Positions 49,691-62,344 of a stretch of DNA of 64,000 bases are shown piece after piece. The stretch is from Hydrolagus colliei (taxonomy: Eukaryota). Position numbers and translations under genes: made by a program. The stretch spans positions 105,276,001-105,340,000 of the forward strand of contig CM068743.1 in the NCBI GenBank assembly GCA_035084275.1, in the 5' to 3' direction. The stretch's first letter is position 1; each line of letters begins with the position of its first letter. Below the pieces are notes generated by a model. It saw only the letters and a list, made by a program, of their open reading frames with translations, was not told where the DNA came from and did no database searches.

Positions 49691-52600
49691 TAATATCACC
49701 CGGCATGGATGTGTACTTCACTTTGTGGAGTTGACGCGGCACCTCGGTGCCCAAATTGCACTTTAAATCTTTACAACCATGCTTTAACCCACTCTGCTTT
49801 TCTCCACCTCCGTAACAAACTGCTTTGGCAGCAGTGTGGAATGTTGCAGATTTCAATATGTTAAGGTTCCTCCTGGAGCTACCTGTCAATAGAAAAATGC
49901 CAACTTTCAGTTCTAGGTCTTTTATACACAAAGTAGTATGATTAGCATCTTCAGTTATTTGTTAACCATTACGGCCCAGTAGCCTAGCTCATCTACTAAG
50001 AAATGTTGTAAACAGCAGGACTATTATTAAAAGAACATACAGAAAAACAGGAACAGGAGCAAACCATTCAGCCCATCAATGATTTATTATTGTTATTATT
50101 AACAACATTCACATCTCAATAGACTGTACCGTAACAGTCTGACTCAATAGGCTTCTGACTTCAATCAAGCCTCTGAGGGATCTCTAAATTACTGGACTTC
50201 AGTTTTGTCACAGTAACCAAAACCCCACATTTGGAGGTAGCAGGCCAGGGCTGAGGAATGGAAGTAGAGGGCTCGATGAGTATTTTTGAGTTAATATTTG
50301 ATTCAATTTAGGAATCAGAGAGTATCTACGCAGAACTTTCACACAGGAGATTGAATAGCTGGGGTAAAGTCTTTGATTATTTAGGTTTTGCATGGTGTGT
50401 GGAAGGAGCAGATTTAGTGAGCTAAATGCCTTTGTTCCATGTTTTATTTATCTTTCATATTCCTATATTTTCCCAAGTGAAAAACAGATACCACCTCCCC
50501 CTAAAATAATTAATCAGCTCTTTAAAAAAACAGCTCGACGTTGTCTGCTTTGACTCATCACCAGGAAGCATTCACTGCGCTGCAGCTTGATTCTATCATG
50601 AGACGTTTGGTATCCAGAATGTAGGAGTCAGATACTTTAGTGACTGTTCAGAGACTTGCCCAGCGGCAAGCTACAAAAAGAGCACCTGCCAGCTGATCAG
50701 AATGGGAGCAGTTGGCATCCTATAGTTAGCACTGTCAGATCTGGGTTGTGCTCAGGTGCAACATTGCATCAGAAGGCTGGTGCTGTCACATCCACTGCTG
50801 GCTGGCAGACTATGAATCGCATAGGTGGGAACAAAATGATTTACATGCTTTTAGCGATCTGCTGCTTTGTTCTGTCAGAATCAATTACCTCAGTTCTAAT
50901 TAACAGCTGCAGAACAGGCTGTGTTTTTGATCCGGACTTTGCTGTACGCATCCTGCTGATAATTTGTGGCATTGCTATCAGAGCTGAACCGTGAGCTCCC
51001 TCGATCTCCTCAAGGAAGAAAAGACCTATCTAAAGAGCCAAGAGCAGACTGTATCTTTGGCAGTTACTGAGTTCAGGGGAAAAGAGAAGATATTATTGAG
51101 GTAAACTAGCCTGATGGTGCTAAAATAAGCTCTCCGCTGTTGTTGTGAAGATTACAGGCCTGGCTTACACTGTGTGTTAAGGAGCTGATAGCAAAAGCCC
51201 AACCTTTCTCCCATTTGTGTTTGGGAAGATAATGAGTGTTAAAAATTAAAGATTTGTTTGCACTTAATATTTATCATTGGCGAAAGTGACTTCGCAATTA
51301 TCTGATTCAAACGTTAAATATAAATAGACTCTTGACAAACTGCAGGAAGTCCTCCCATTTCCACAAGAAAAAAAGGTTAAGCTGGCTCTGTCACATTGCC
51401 ACGTCTGGGAAACAGTTGAATTTCCAACTCAATGATGGCATTCGGTATTTGGTAGCACCTTGTACCGAGGAGGTGGGCATCAGACCGAGTACTGTATGAA
51501 GTTCATCGGCAATGGGGGAAAGAAGCCTCCAAATTTGTGTTAGTGTCTAACTTGGATAAGATCGCGTTTGTGTAAAATTTTGTGAGCAAACATTTTCTCA
51601 AGGATACGGGTAAAGCCAGACCACCTCTCAGGCAGCCCACAGTGATTACTGCCAAACACCTTGCGGCTGAGCAACTGTGCAGAACATGTGAGGAATGGAT
51701 GGAAAATTAAATCCCAAATTGACAGAAACTAATAATGCTAAATCATACCAAGGCTTTTGTTCCATTTGCGGTTAAAAATGAAAATTACAGCTTGACATCT
51801 GAGTCGGGCTGGGCTGCAAAGCAGCACTTTTATGTCGGGCTGGTAGGAACACCTGCTGCAGATCTCTTGCTCTTCCCCATGGGAAGGGAGTGTGCTCAAT
51901 GCATGCATGTGCCACTGGTAATTTAAAACATGAAGTGAATTAAGGCAGACGTAAGTATAAACCCCAGGAGATGGAATTCAGTTCGGATCATCTACAGGGC
52001 ACTTGTGCAAATGAGCTGAACAATAAGAGTATCTAAATCATTTTTTTTTGGTGCATCTCAATAAGGTCTTACATAAATTCCTTGGGCTGTCTCAGGTGGT
52101 ATTTGGCCCTCAAGCGTTTCAAATGGTTCCGGTTAAAGCAAACCCGCAAGATTAAAAAAAACCTTCATGAATTGGGCTTCAGGAAGCCAGGAAGATTCAA
52201 TGGAATGGCAATTAAGAAGAGTACACTTGTACAGTCAGGTTGATTTAGCTTCCATCCACTCGGCTCTGCTTTATGTCTGCAGACTCCATGTTTTACCCCA
52301 TTAGAAGTGTTTAACCCACTGCAGAGCTTGCGGATGCCATAGATCTCACAGAATCTGTGTATACTAAGCAGTGATACAGTGCATTTGCATTAAATCAACC
52401 AATTTTACGAAATTCTAAGCATTAATTATGTTAAGGAGAATTCCACACAAAGTGGGCTGTATTACAGAAACAACCTTGTGTGGCAAGTGGTATTTCATAC
52501 CCACCAACGTACCGTTTAATATGGCTTAAAAGGTTTGGAGTATTTATATTTTAATTCATTTGACACAAAAATGCATAAGAAAATTAATTTGATATTAACA

Positions 52601-53329
52601 CATCTTCCTTGTCCATTATAAATCAATTTCATATAGAAAAGAAAGCAAATACATTGCAGATCTGCTTCAATTCAATAAAACCCATAGAGTGGAAAGGATA
52701 TACACTTCAAGAAAATAGGTTTCCTCAACTTTACAGATTTCTGTGAAATTTGTGTTTGCCTTTCGTTACTTAGTACTCATGCCTGATACTTGTATCTGCT
52801 TGAGAAAAAAGAAACTAATTAAAAATATGAGTCATGCGACTTGTGTTGTGTCGCATGCCATCCGTGCAAATTGCTGTCTGCCATTGGGATGGCTGGAACC
52901 TTGTGGTCATCCTTTCCTATTCTTCCAGTCAATCAAATGCACTAAAAAAATGCACCACAAATGCACAAGCCATCTGTCAACTTTACATAATCAAAAACAC
53001 AGAGTTTCAACGGCAAATATCACGGACTTGGAAATGCTTAGTTATTGAAAAAGAAAGGGTATCAACCACAAATGCTGATGAGAATCCTTTGATGTGAAGC
53101 AATTATTAGCCCATGTGTATGAAGGGCCTTTTTGTGGCTTGTGAAGGTCTATCGTACTGCCAGGCTTGAAACATTTCATCCCTTAGTGGCAATATATTGA
53201 ACTTCAGAGAAGTATTTAATTTACACTATTCATTGTGTAACCTGTTCATGAAGATCTAAACCTACTAACTCCCTCCCACCACTGCCCCATTTGTTTCAGA
53301 ATAGCAACAGCAAGTCTGCAGTTCTGCCT

Positions 53330-53610
53330 GCCTCATGCCCTCCCTCCACACCTATAAAACCCATCTTATGATGTATGCTTTTGACTTGCTTTTGGTCACT
53401 TCCGCCCCCCATTCTCAGCCCGCTGTGCAAAGCGCTTTGAGACTTCCTATTTGATGTGAAAGATGCTATGCAAATTGTTGTAAATCTCCAGTGTGAAAAT
53501 AATTTTTGCCCACAAAATGTACAGTCAATTCACTTTACAGCATATTCTGTGAAGCGCTTTGAGACATCTCAACGACTTGATAAGATGCTCTAGAGTTGCA
53601 GAATTCTATT
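53330..53610 (+). mobile_element. L2 3' end (~53330-53480) followed by a DeuSINE 3' fragment (~53505-53610)
   Basis: ttttgacttgcttttggtcac...aagcgctttgagac; acagtcaattcactttacagc. Confidence 0.75.
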
Positions 53611-54197
53611 TAGTGTTGTGGAAGACTAGGATTGAAATTGGCAAACATTTTGGCAGCTTCTGGGTAAAAAATGGAAATTTTTATTTGATTATGCACCTAA
53701 CATCTGTTATCTGAGTGATAGAATAATTATCATATATTACTACGACTATGAAATCTGATGGACTATTAGCACTGCTGCAAAACAAAATTGAAGCTAATGG
53801 TTAAAAGATCAACCCACTGCACCCAACAACTTTACCTTTGTTGGAAATCTCTCTCAAAATCCACGGATAATTGTTATATTTACCACGCAGAATAGACAGT
53901 GATAAGGAATGACTTATGCATGGGATTTAATATCAAGTTGATACTGAATGTTCTGAGGCAATTTCCAGTGAACACCATACTGAATTACCATGAAAAAGTA
54001 GTATAAATCTGGTATGAGATAACCCAACCAAAAAGCAATTCTGCCTGAGTCCACCTGCTGAAACAACCATCAGTTTTACCCGCTTCTTCCAGTCAATCAA
54101 ATATAGTATAAATGCATGTGATGCCAATCAATTCAACCAACAGTACGAGTAGTTCCTAAGGAGTCCTATTGTGATCTTGAGTAACGGAATCTTAATA

Positions 54198-54593
54198 CAG
54201 TAAAACCTTGTTTATCCGGTACCCAACTAACCAGCATACTCAACCAACCGGTATCTCCCAATACAATTCACCATTCCAGCAACCAGATCTCATACCGTAG
54301 CCATCCAGGACACTCACGGTATGCTCACTTTGCGCATGCGTGCAATGCTTGTGCATGTAAACTTATTAAACTTACTGAATGCTGGAATACTTTTTTACCG
54401 ATCATTTTACAAGTGTGCTGGAATGCTTTATTGGTAAGTATCCATACAATATTCTGTTATTATTTAATCTATTATTAATATGGTATGTTTTAAAATAAGT
54501 TTTTTTTTTGATTTTTGGCAACTTACCAATTGAATATCCGGCATATTTGATTAATCGGCAACGGTCAGGTCCCGGATAACAAAGGTTTTACTG
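54198..54593. mobile_element. pogo/Tigger-type MITE, uninterrupted copy of the family at 62650-63460, opposite orientation
   Basis: TIRs cagtaaaaccttgtttatccgg and ccggataacaaaggttttactg; TA on both flanks. Confidence 0.92.
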
Positions 54594-55140
54594 TATAACT
54601 TTAGCCATACTCTACACATGCCCTTTATTGCACATGCACAGAGTTCTTCACCAGCAACCCCTGGCGAAAGCCAATGTGAATACAGCTTCCCTCCCCTGGT
54701 CGCAGAAGCTTAATAAATTGACATAACAGCCACTTACCTTACCTTCCTTGGACATGACAGAGAGATTTATCTGTGGCTTGTGAAGGTCTATTTTGGTGGA
54801 ATGCTAGGTAATGTGAAGTTTGTTTATATAATATTGCACACCGTAAAAATAACAGTAATTTTTTTTAAAATTTGAAATTAAAAGAGACCTAGAGGGTCTA
54901 GTAGAGCAACTGTCATGTTTACGAATCTCTTAGGTTTAGGTTCAGAAGAATCCAATATGGCCTTATAGTTGCAGTTTTCTGTTAACTAGAATTAATTTCA
55001 TCCTCATATTAACTATGAGGTACTGGAACACATTGCATGTCTCTATTTTGACGGATATACCACCGTTATTGATGTACAATTAAAAATAAAATGAATCAAC
55101 ACAAATATGTTTGGCATCACTTGATAAAGGGTTAGTATTT

Positions 55141-56397
55141 ACTTCCCAACTTTGCTCCTTTCTCTCCTGCCAATCCCTTTATGAATCCCTACAATCGTGT
55201 TTCCGTGCCACCCACAGCAAAGAAAGTTTCAGTCAAAATGACATTTGGTCCATCTGTGACCAGGCCTCCTTCTGCTTCCCCATCCTCCTTGATCTCTGCT
55301 GCCTTCAATACCGTGGGTCTCTCTCATCTCAACCCTCGTGGTTCTGTCCATGAGTATAAATATAATAATAATAATGAATAGTTCAGAGCCTACATCTCCA
55401 CTGTCTCCACTGACAGAAGTGGCTGACTCCACTTCTTTCCACAAACAGCTTCTTCTCTAGCCCCATCTTTCAAGGTGTTCCTCAGGGCTCTGTCGTTGGT
55501 CCTCAAGTTTTCAATATTATTTTGCTCCCTTTTGGTGACATCATCCGCAGACATAGGGTCAACTTCCATGTGTATGCGGATGACACCCAACTTGATCTCT
55601 CTGCCTCCACCATTGACTTCAGGACCATTGCTGTCCTGACAGAATGTCTGTCAGACAGCAAGTCCTGGATGACAGCAAGTCCTGGATGACAGCTAACTTT
55701 CTACAGTTGAATGTCAACAAGACTGAGGCCCTCCTGATTACCTCCAGTCAGCGACTCCACACCTCTGTCTCACACCGCAGGCCACCGAGTCCCTCATATT
55801 CGCATTCATAACATCCAGGCTCAACGACGTAAATTCCCTGCTAGTTAGCCTCCCCAACTCCCACCTCCGTAGGCTGCAGATTATCCTATACTTTGCAGGA
55901 CATATCCTCTCCTATATCAAGCTCTGTGACCCTATCATCCCCATCTGGCCCGAGTCCATTGGCTTCCCATCACACAGAAATTAGTTTTAAAAATCTCATC
56001 CTCACCTTCAAAGCCCTTCTTGGCCTTGTTCCCCCATAACTCTGCAACCATCTAACTCCCTACCAACCTGCTCCCTCGCTCCACTCAGCAGGCTGTAGTC
56101 TGCTTCATATCCACAATCATGTCCAACCCACCGTAGGTGGGCGAGCCTTTAGCCACCTGGCCCCCACCCTCTGGAACTTCTCCAACAGTCCCTCCACCTC
56201 GCATCCTCCCTTACCTCCTTCAAGACCCATCTCAAGATCCTCCTCTTCAACCTTAACTTTGGTCACTCTTCTTACCCCCATCGCCCTCTACCCCATACCC
56301 ACCCCAGCTCGGGTCCGAAGCACTCATTGTCCAATATCTTGGGATATCCTCCCAATGTGAAAGGCACTGCATAAATGTAATTTTGTTGATGTTGTTA
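55141..56397 (+). mobile_element. L2 LINE with multiple internal deletions
   Basis: ILLDL.AAFNTV, PQGSVVGP, YADDTQL and NFLQLNVNKTE motifs plus tail; 17-bp tandem duplication at ~55663-55700. Confidence 0.94.
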
Positions 56398-56979
56398 TCA
56401 TTACCCCTCTTGTGTTGGCTATTGGAGGTTTAAAGGCGTATTTGGAATCCTTAATGTGTTGGGCATTATTCACATCACAAGACCATCATTTGTCACTTAC
56501 ACATAACATGCAATGAATGAAAATGAGCAGTCTATTATACTTCTCTAAAGCAGCAGTTTCCTTTAAACAATTACAACAATGTGCTTGCACTTTAACAACA
56601 AGAAGCTTGACCAGTGCTGAGTGTCTTAAGTTCACACTCTTGTGCCTAATTGTCTAATTTTGTTTGAGTAAACGGACACAGCAATAATATTATGACTGCA
56701 CTAGATTGTATAATGTAATTATACTATGAGACAGACTACAGAGAGCAGTGAGGGCAGCTGAAGAAGTGTAAAATCCATAAAACTTCATTGCTAATTGGTC
56801 TGGATGAATGTTAATTTAAACAATAAATATGATATTATCCCACAACCTGGTAGTTCAAGCAGCTAAGTGCATATTATCCACATTCCTTGCCTGCCACTTG
56901 AGCTTGCTTTCTTGTTTATGGTGAATCTAGGTAGATTGATGCAGCCCACTGGGTGCATGGCAGTAAAAGTGTTTCACTT

Positions 56980-57700
56980 AGAGTCCACAGTCACTGCACT
57001 TTGTAGTGAATCATATGAAGCGTTTGGAGATATTCTCCTTCCCTTCTGTTCGAAAAGGCTGACCCTTAATCTTGACCCCTGTTTTGATTCTCCAAGCAGG
57101 GGAAACAGTCTCAAACTGTCTAGTCTGTCTAGCTCTTTAAGAATCTTATAGATTTCTTTAAGATCACCTCTAAATCTTCTGTATTCTAGATAGTATAGGC
57201 CTAATTTACTCAACCTATCCTCATAGGTCAACCCCCTCATCCCAGGAACAACCTAGTGAATCTACACTGCATCCTCTCTAAGGCGAGTATGTATTTTGTT
57301 AAATAAGGAGACCAAAACTGCACGCAATATTCTAGGTGCAGTCTCATCAAGGCCTTATACAATTGCAGCAAAAAATTCTGTCTCTTGTACTCTAACCCTT
57401 TTGCAATGAATGCCAACATGCCATTAGCCTTCCTAGTTGCTTGCTGTACCTGCAACTTTTTGTGACTGGTGTACAAGGATACCCAAATCCTTCTGAACAC
57501 TAACACATCCTAGTCTCTCCCCTCTAGAAAATAATCAGTTTTTCTATTTTCACTACCTAGGTGAATAACTTCACACTTCCTCACATTACACTCAATTTGC
57601 CACCCACCTGCCCACTCACCTAGCCTGTCTATATCCCTATTTACCGTTTACAGTATCATGGATTCTGCTTCAACCACTGTCTTTGGTAGGCATTCCATGA
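56980..57700 (-). mobile_element. CR1 LINE ORF2 C-terminal fragment(s)
   Basis: KANGMLAFIAKGLEYK...LYKALMRLHLEYCVQFWSPY...RGLTYEDRLSKLGLYYLEYRRFRGDL. Confidence 0.96.
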
Positions 57701-57702
57701 GG

Positions 57703-58309
57703 CAGTGGTTTCCGAACTGCGGGGCGCACCTCCCTTGGTGTAGGCTGGGGGGGGGGTGCGGCCGTTATTGTTCTTATTACAGGTAAACCTCGCTTAACAT
57801 TGTGACATTTGCTCATTCGTCGTTCACCAGTGGGTGGAAAGAGGGCGCGACGGCGCTAGGACCTGGGAGTGAGCCAGTGAGCCAGTAGCGAGAGAGAGAG
57901 CCAGGCCGGCAGCGAGTGAGTGAGCCAGGCAGGCAGTCAGGGAGAAACTTTGTGCTGAAAAACAAGCTCACACATCACACTAATAAATTCTAAGTGTTGT
58001 AAATTGTAAAATATAAGTACACTACATGGTTTCACAATTTTAATAATTTTTTCCATTCAATTAAAATTTTTAACAAATTAATGTTTTTTGTTAATACTGT
58101 ACTTAAAAAAAGTATTAAAACAGGTTAAATAAATTTTACAGTATTAAATAAAATAAATAAAACAGTATTAAAGAAAATATTGAATTTGCTGTTATCATTT
58201 GCGAAAATTATTCAATGTGAAGGAGGGGGGGAGGGGGGTGGGTGGGGGGGCGCAATAAAAACTTTGTTGAGTTAGGGGAGAGCCGCTAGTTAAAGTTTGG
58301 AAGCCACTG
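57703..58309. mobile_element. hAT (Charlie-like) non-autonomous element, 607 bp
   Basis: TIRs cagtggtttccgaact and agtttggaagccactg; 8-bp TSD ccatgagg / ccataagg. Confidence 0.9.
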
Positions 58310-58559
58310 CCATAAGGTATATGCTGGCATGAGAAGTCAACAGCTTAGACAGCCTACCCTACTGACTGTTAGCTGAAGAATAATTTAAACTAAGCTGAAG
58401 AATAATTTTCACTATACCTCTATAATGGGAAATCCTAGAATAAAGGCATAGCAAAATAATGCCAAAGTTAATGGTGTTTAGTTAGGGGAAGAATCAGAGG
58501 GGTAAGAACAGTGACCCGCTGATGTGTCAACTGCAGGTGTTGTCAACAATTTTTATGTG

Positions 58560-59059
58560 TAGATTCATAGATTCATATAATTTTACGGCACAAAAGGAGG
58601 CCATTCGGCCCATCTAGTCTGTGCCGGCTCTTTGAAAAGAGCGATTCAATCCCACTGCCCTGCCTGCTCCCCATAGCCTAATAGACCTGTTCTCCCTAAA
58701 TAAAGATCTAATTCCCTTTTAAAAGTTGTTATCGAATCAGCCTCCACCACCTTTTCAGGCAATGCATTCCAGATTCGAACAACTCGCTGAGTGAAAAAAT
58801 TTCTCCTCAGCTCCCCTCTACTTCGCCTTGAAACTATTTTAAATCTGTGACCATGAGTCACAGATTCGCCCACGAGTGGAAATAGTTTTTCTCTATTTGC
58901 CCTGTCGAAACCCCTCATGATCTTATAAACCTCTATTAGGTCTCCCCTCAATCTTCTCTGCTCCAGAGAGAATAACCCTAGCCTATCTAGCCTCGCCTCA
59001 TAGCTGAAGTCCCTCAATCCTGGCACCATCCTAGTAAATCTTCTTTGTACCCTTTCCAA
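58560..59059 (-). mobile_element. Young CR1 LINE 3' end with an open ORF2 C-terminus
   Basis: ERVQRRFTRMVPGL...LFSLEQRRLRGDLIEVYKIMRG...WNALP...FKRELD without stops; 3'UTR hairpin; 8-bp tail (TATGAATC)x2. Confidence 0.97.
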
Positions 59060-59139
59060 TTTGAAAATGTATTTGAAAATGTTTTGGAAAAAAAAGTTTT
59101 TAATAACTGTGCATGTTATCTATATCTATTTTACTCCAC

Positions 59140-59425
59140 CCCAGATTTGATAGTGGAGGTGAATACAGTATCAATGAATTATTTCCTCTGGTCAGGGAAT
59201 CCAGAACAAGGCATCATAATTTGAAAATGAGAGCAAAACTATTTAGTCGTGAAATCAGCCGCGCGGCAGTTTTTCACCCAAAGGCTAATGCAAATCTGGA
59301 ATTCTCCCTCAAAAGGGTGTGATGCTGGATTCATTCAAATAATTGGAGGTCCAGATCAGTACGATCTTTTAGAATAGCAAAACTGGCCTGAGGGTTTGAA
59401 TGCCTTACTCCTGTTCCTATGTTCA
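59140..59425 (+). mobile_element. Decayed CR1 3' end
   Basis: LFPLVRESRTRHHNLK; tgaatgccttactcctgttcctatgttc. Confidence 0.85.
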
Positions 59426-59606
59426 AGACCCTTCTCAAAGTTTTCGTTTTCAACTGTGCCTTTGGTGATCTTACCTTCTCCATACTGTTTGACCTATACC
59501 ACTCCCTTATCCCAATTTTTAGCTCAGTTGCAAAGCCTTCATTGTCTAGCTCTTTGGATTGTCCTCCCGAAGTGAAAGGTACTACATTAATGCAATTTGT
59601 TGTTGA
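59420..59606 (+). mobile_element. L2 3' end
   Basis: FKTLLKVFVFNCAF...ctttggattgtcctcccgaagtgaaagg...tttgttgttg. Confidence 0.85.
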
Positions 59607-60363
59607 AAATTGAGATGCATCATGTTTTAATTAACACTGGTTATATGTTGCGCTCCCAGCTTTACTCAACTTTTATGCCATGCCAAAGACTGAGCATTGA
59701 TAATCACTGATGAATAATCATGTGGCAAATTAAGTCTTACTGCAGTGCCACAGGGAGCGGTTGAATGGCAACTATACTTTTCGTTAGAAAGAGGAAGAGA
59801 AGATTGGAGGGTGAACTACCCCAGGGTTCTTTTGTGTAACTCCTAGTGTTGCAATGTATAACAGATCTAGCAGAGATTTGACAACTCTTTGCTCCCTTTT
59901 CTGCTCAGACCAGGATTGGAGTATGAGTACATGTAGGGAGAAGGGTAGTATTGCCAACCAGGGTGAAAAAAGCTTCAAACTATAGTAAAGTAATTAAAAT
60001 TAAGCATTTTAATCAGTTGATGCGCTGGGCAGATTTTTAAAAAATGATTTGCCCAATGACATAAATTACAGGCTTAAATCAGTTTTTTAAATATAAAATT
60101 TGTAACGTATGTGCTAGGGAACAGCGAAATGGGATTTTTCCGGATATGGATATATCGGTTTGCTCATACCTGCTTAAACCGATCTATCGAGTTTTTATAC
60201 TGCGCATGCGCGTACATTCGAAGTGCGCGTGCATTGACGCCGCGTCCGCACTGACGATGCGCGCGCAGTCGCGGTGCACGCACATTTCGAAATGCGTGCT
60301 CTAGGTCCAGAAAGTTTGTAATGTTGGTGTCAAGGTCTGTTGAATTATACGATGTTGTTTGCT

Positions 60364-61050
60364 CCCTACCTCCCCCTCTCCTTCTCTCCCTCCTCTCCTC
60401 TCTCCTTCTNNNNNNNNNNNNNNNNNNNNNNNNNNNNNNNNNNNNNNNNNNNNNNNNNNNNNNNNNNNNNNNNNNNNNNNNNNNNNNNNNNNNNNNNNNN
60501 NNNNNNNNNNNNNNNNNNNNNNNNNNNNNNNNNNNNNNNNNNNNNNNNNNNNNNNNNNNNNNNNNCTTTCCCCTCGCTCCTTCTCTCCCTCCTTTCCCCC
60601 TCTCCTTCTCTCCCTCCCTCTCCTCTCTTCCACTCTCCTTCTCTCCCAACTTTCCCCCTCTTCCTCCCTCCCCCCTTCTCTCCCTCCTTCTCTCCCTCCT
60701 TTCCCCCTCTCCTTCTCTCCCTCCCTCTCCTCTCTTCCTCTCTCCTTCTCTCCCAACTTTCCCCCTCTCCCTCCCTCCCCTCTCTCCTTCTCTCCCTCCT
60801 TTCCCCTCGCTCCTTCTCTCCCTCCTTTCCCCCTCTCCTTCTCTCCCTCCCTCCCTCTCCTCTCTTCCCCTCTCCTTCTCTCCCAACTTTCCCCCTCTCC
60901 TTCTCTCCCTCCCTCCCTCGCCTCTCTCCTTCTCTCCCTCCTTTCCCCTCGCTCCTTCTCTCCCTCCTTTCCCCCTCTCATTCTCTCCGTCCCTCTCCTC
61001 TCTTCCTCTCTCCTTCTCTCCCAACTTTCCCCCTCTCCTTCTCTCCCTCC
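60364..61050. repeat. Polypyrimidine/polypurine minisatellite, containing N gap 60410-60565
   Basis: Repeating ctccttctctccctcctttccccct and ctcccaactttccccct units. Confidence 0.95.
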
Positions 61051-61344
61051 ATCTCTATACACAAAATAGAACACACACACACCAAAAACAAAATCTAGAG
61101 ATTTATTCTCCTCCATTTCTTGCTTGAAAGTAGCATGTAATGTCCACGTGTAAATGAGATCTATTACAATAGAAAAGAGAGAGACAGACAGTCTGACTGT
61201 TAGAGTTAGAAGCCAGATTATCACTGCTGTGTGTGTCTGACTAGAAACACACATAGAAGCAGTGATAATCTGGCTTCTAACTCTCTCACACACAAAATTA
61301 ACACTTACAGCCACAAAATGCCACTTATTTTTATGTAGTCTGAA

Positions 61345-61722
61345 GTCTGAATTAATGTCCTTCGCCATTGACAAGCTCTCCTTTGCTATGCAAAAAGTGA
61401 CAGCGTTCGTGATACTTTGCCACTTTTTGTCCCCTCTCTGGTACAATGTTCTCCTCTTAAATAAAGCAGGAATTGTTTGAGCTGCACTGGCCCCACTACC
61501 TGTCGCTTTCTCCGAAGCGCTGGTTCGACTTCCTGCTGTTGCGGACAATGATTTCGCTCTGAGGGCAGCGTGCTGGGCGGGGTGGTGCTGCTTAATGTGT
61601 TGTCGCAGGCTGCTCGTGCTCGAATCAGATGTCTTAACCAAGACCTTGCAAACTGTACATTACACACCATTACTGACTGCATTGTTTTCAAAGTAGTCCC
61701 ATACGGGGCTTCTTTTCCCCAT
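61345..61722 (-). pseudogene. N-terminal hAT transposase remnant with a BED zinc finger
   Basis: ATG at 61722: MGKRSPVWDYFENNAVSNGV*CTVCKVLVKTSDSSTSSLRQHIKQHHP...YQRGDKKWQSITNAVTFCIAK; contains SxVWxYF, CxxC and TSxLxxHxxxxH; stop TAA at 61662-61660; no catalytic domain. Confidence 0.9.
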
Positions 61723-62344
61723 GATGAGAAAGGTAAATTTTCAAACTACAATTTTCAGCGATGCGACTTTGTTAAGACGCCACGACTCACATCGAGTATA
61801 CACGATAAAGTGTGCGCGCGCATCGGATGTGCGCGCCCGTTAATTGTGCGCGCGCACCGAATGTACGCGCATTCCATGCTCTAGATCTAGGAGGTTGCAA
61901 TGCCGGCGACAAGGTAAGCTGGAAAAGATCGCATTACACTGATAATACCAACAATATTGATATATTGCCAGGAACGATATTAAAAATATATCGATATATA
62001 TTTTTTAAATCGAATCTCTCGATATAACAGTTTTTTTAGAATCACCATATCGGCATACCGATCTGAAAATCATATCGGGTTTAATCGAAAAACCGATTAA
62101 TTGCCGTTCCCTAGTATGTGCTTTAGGGCAATCTAAACAAAAACGTGTTTGTTAAAAAAAATTAAACTTGTATTTGTATGTCCTATTACTGTTATTTACA
62201 GCTTAGTATTGTACCCATTGCAAGAAGTATAGTAGCAGGGTACATTGCCATGTTTTTAATGTGATTTTCCACATGTGAAAAATATGGTATTATTTAGCAT
62301 TCAACAGAAGTTAGAATCCACGTACAATCGGCAGATATTTGACT

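Larger units (their letters stand above)
60115..62113 (-). mobile_element. hAT (Ac/ZBED-like) DNA transposon, internally deleted, ~2 kb
   Basis: TIRs tagggaacagc and gccgttcccta; perfect 8-bp TSD GTATGTGC at 60107-60114 and 62114-62121; CGAT-rich subterminal regions. Confidence 0.95.

Noticed and set aside
14578-59059. Strand bias (long L2 copies plus, long CR1 copies minus) as a sign of host gene direction
   Set aside because: Few copies, and counter-examples exist on both strands
60026-60055. Short hairpin tgggcagat...atttgccca as a Harbinger-type remnant
   Set aside because: Only 9-bp imperfect arms; within chance expectation
60164-61641. Long ORFs of 236-446 aa rich in E/R/G or P/S/L
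   Set aside because: Read-through of the GA/CT repeat and the N gap; only the N-terminal BED-related part is meaningful
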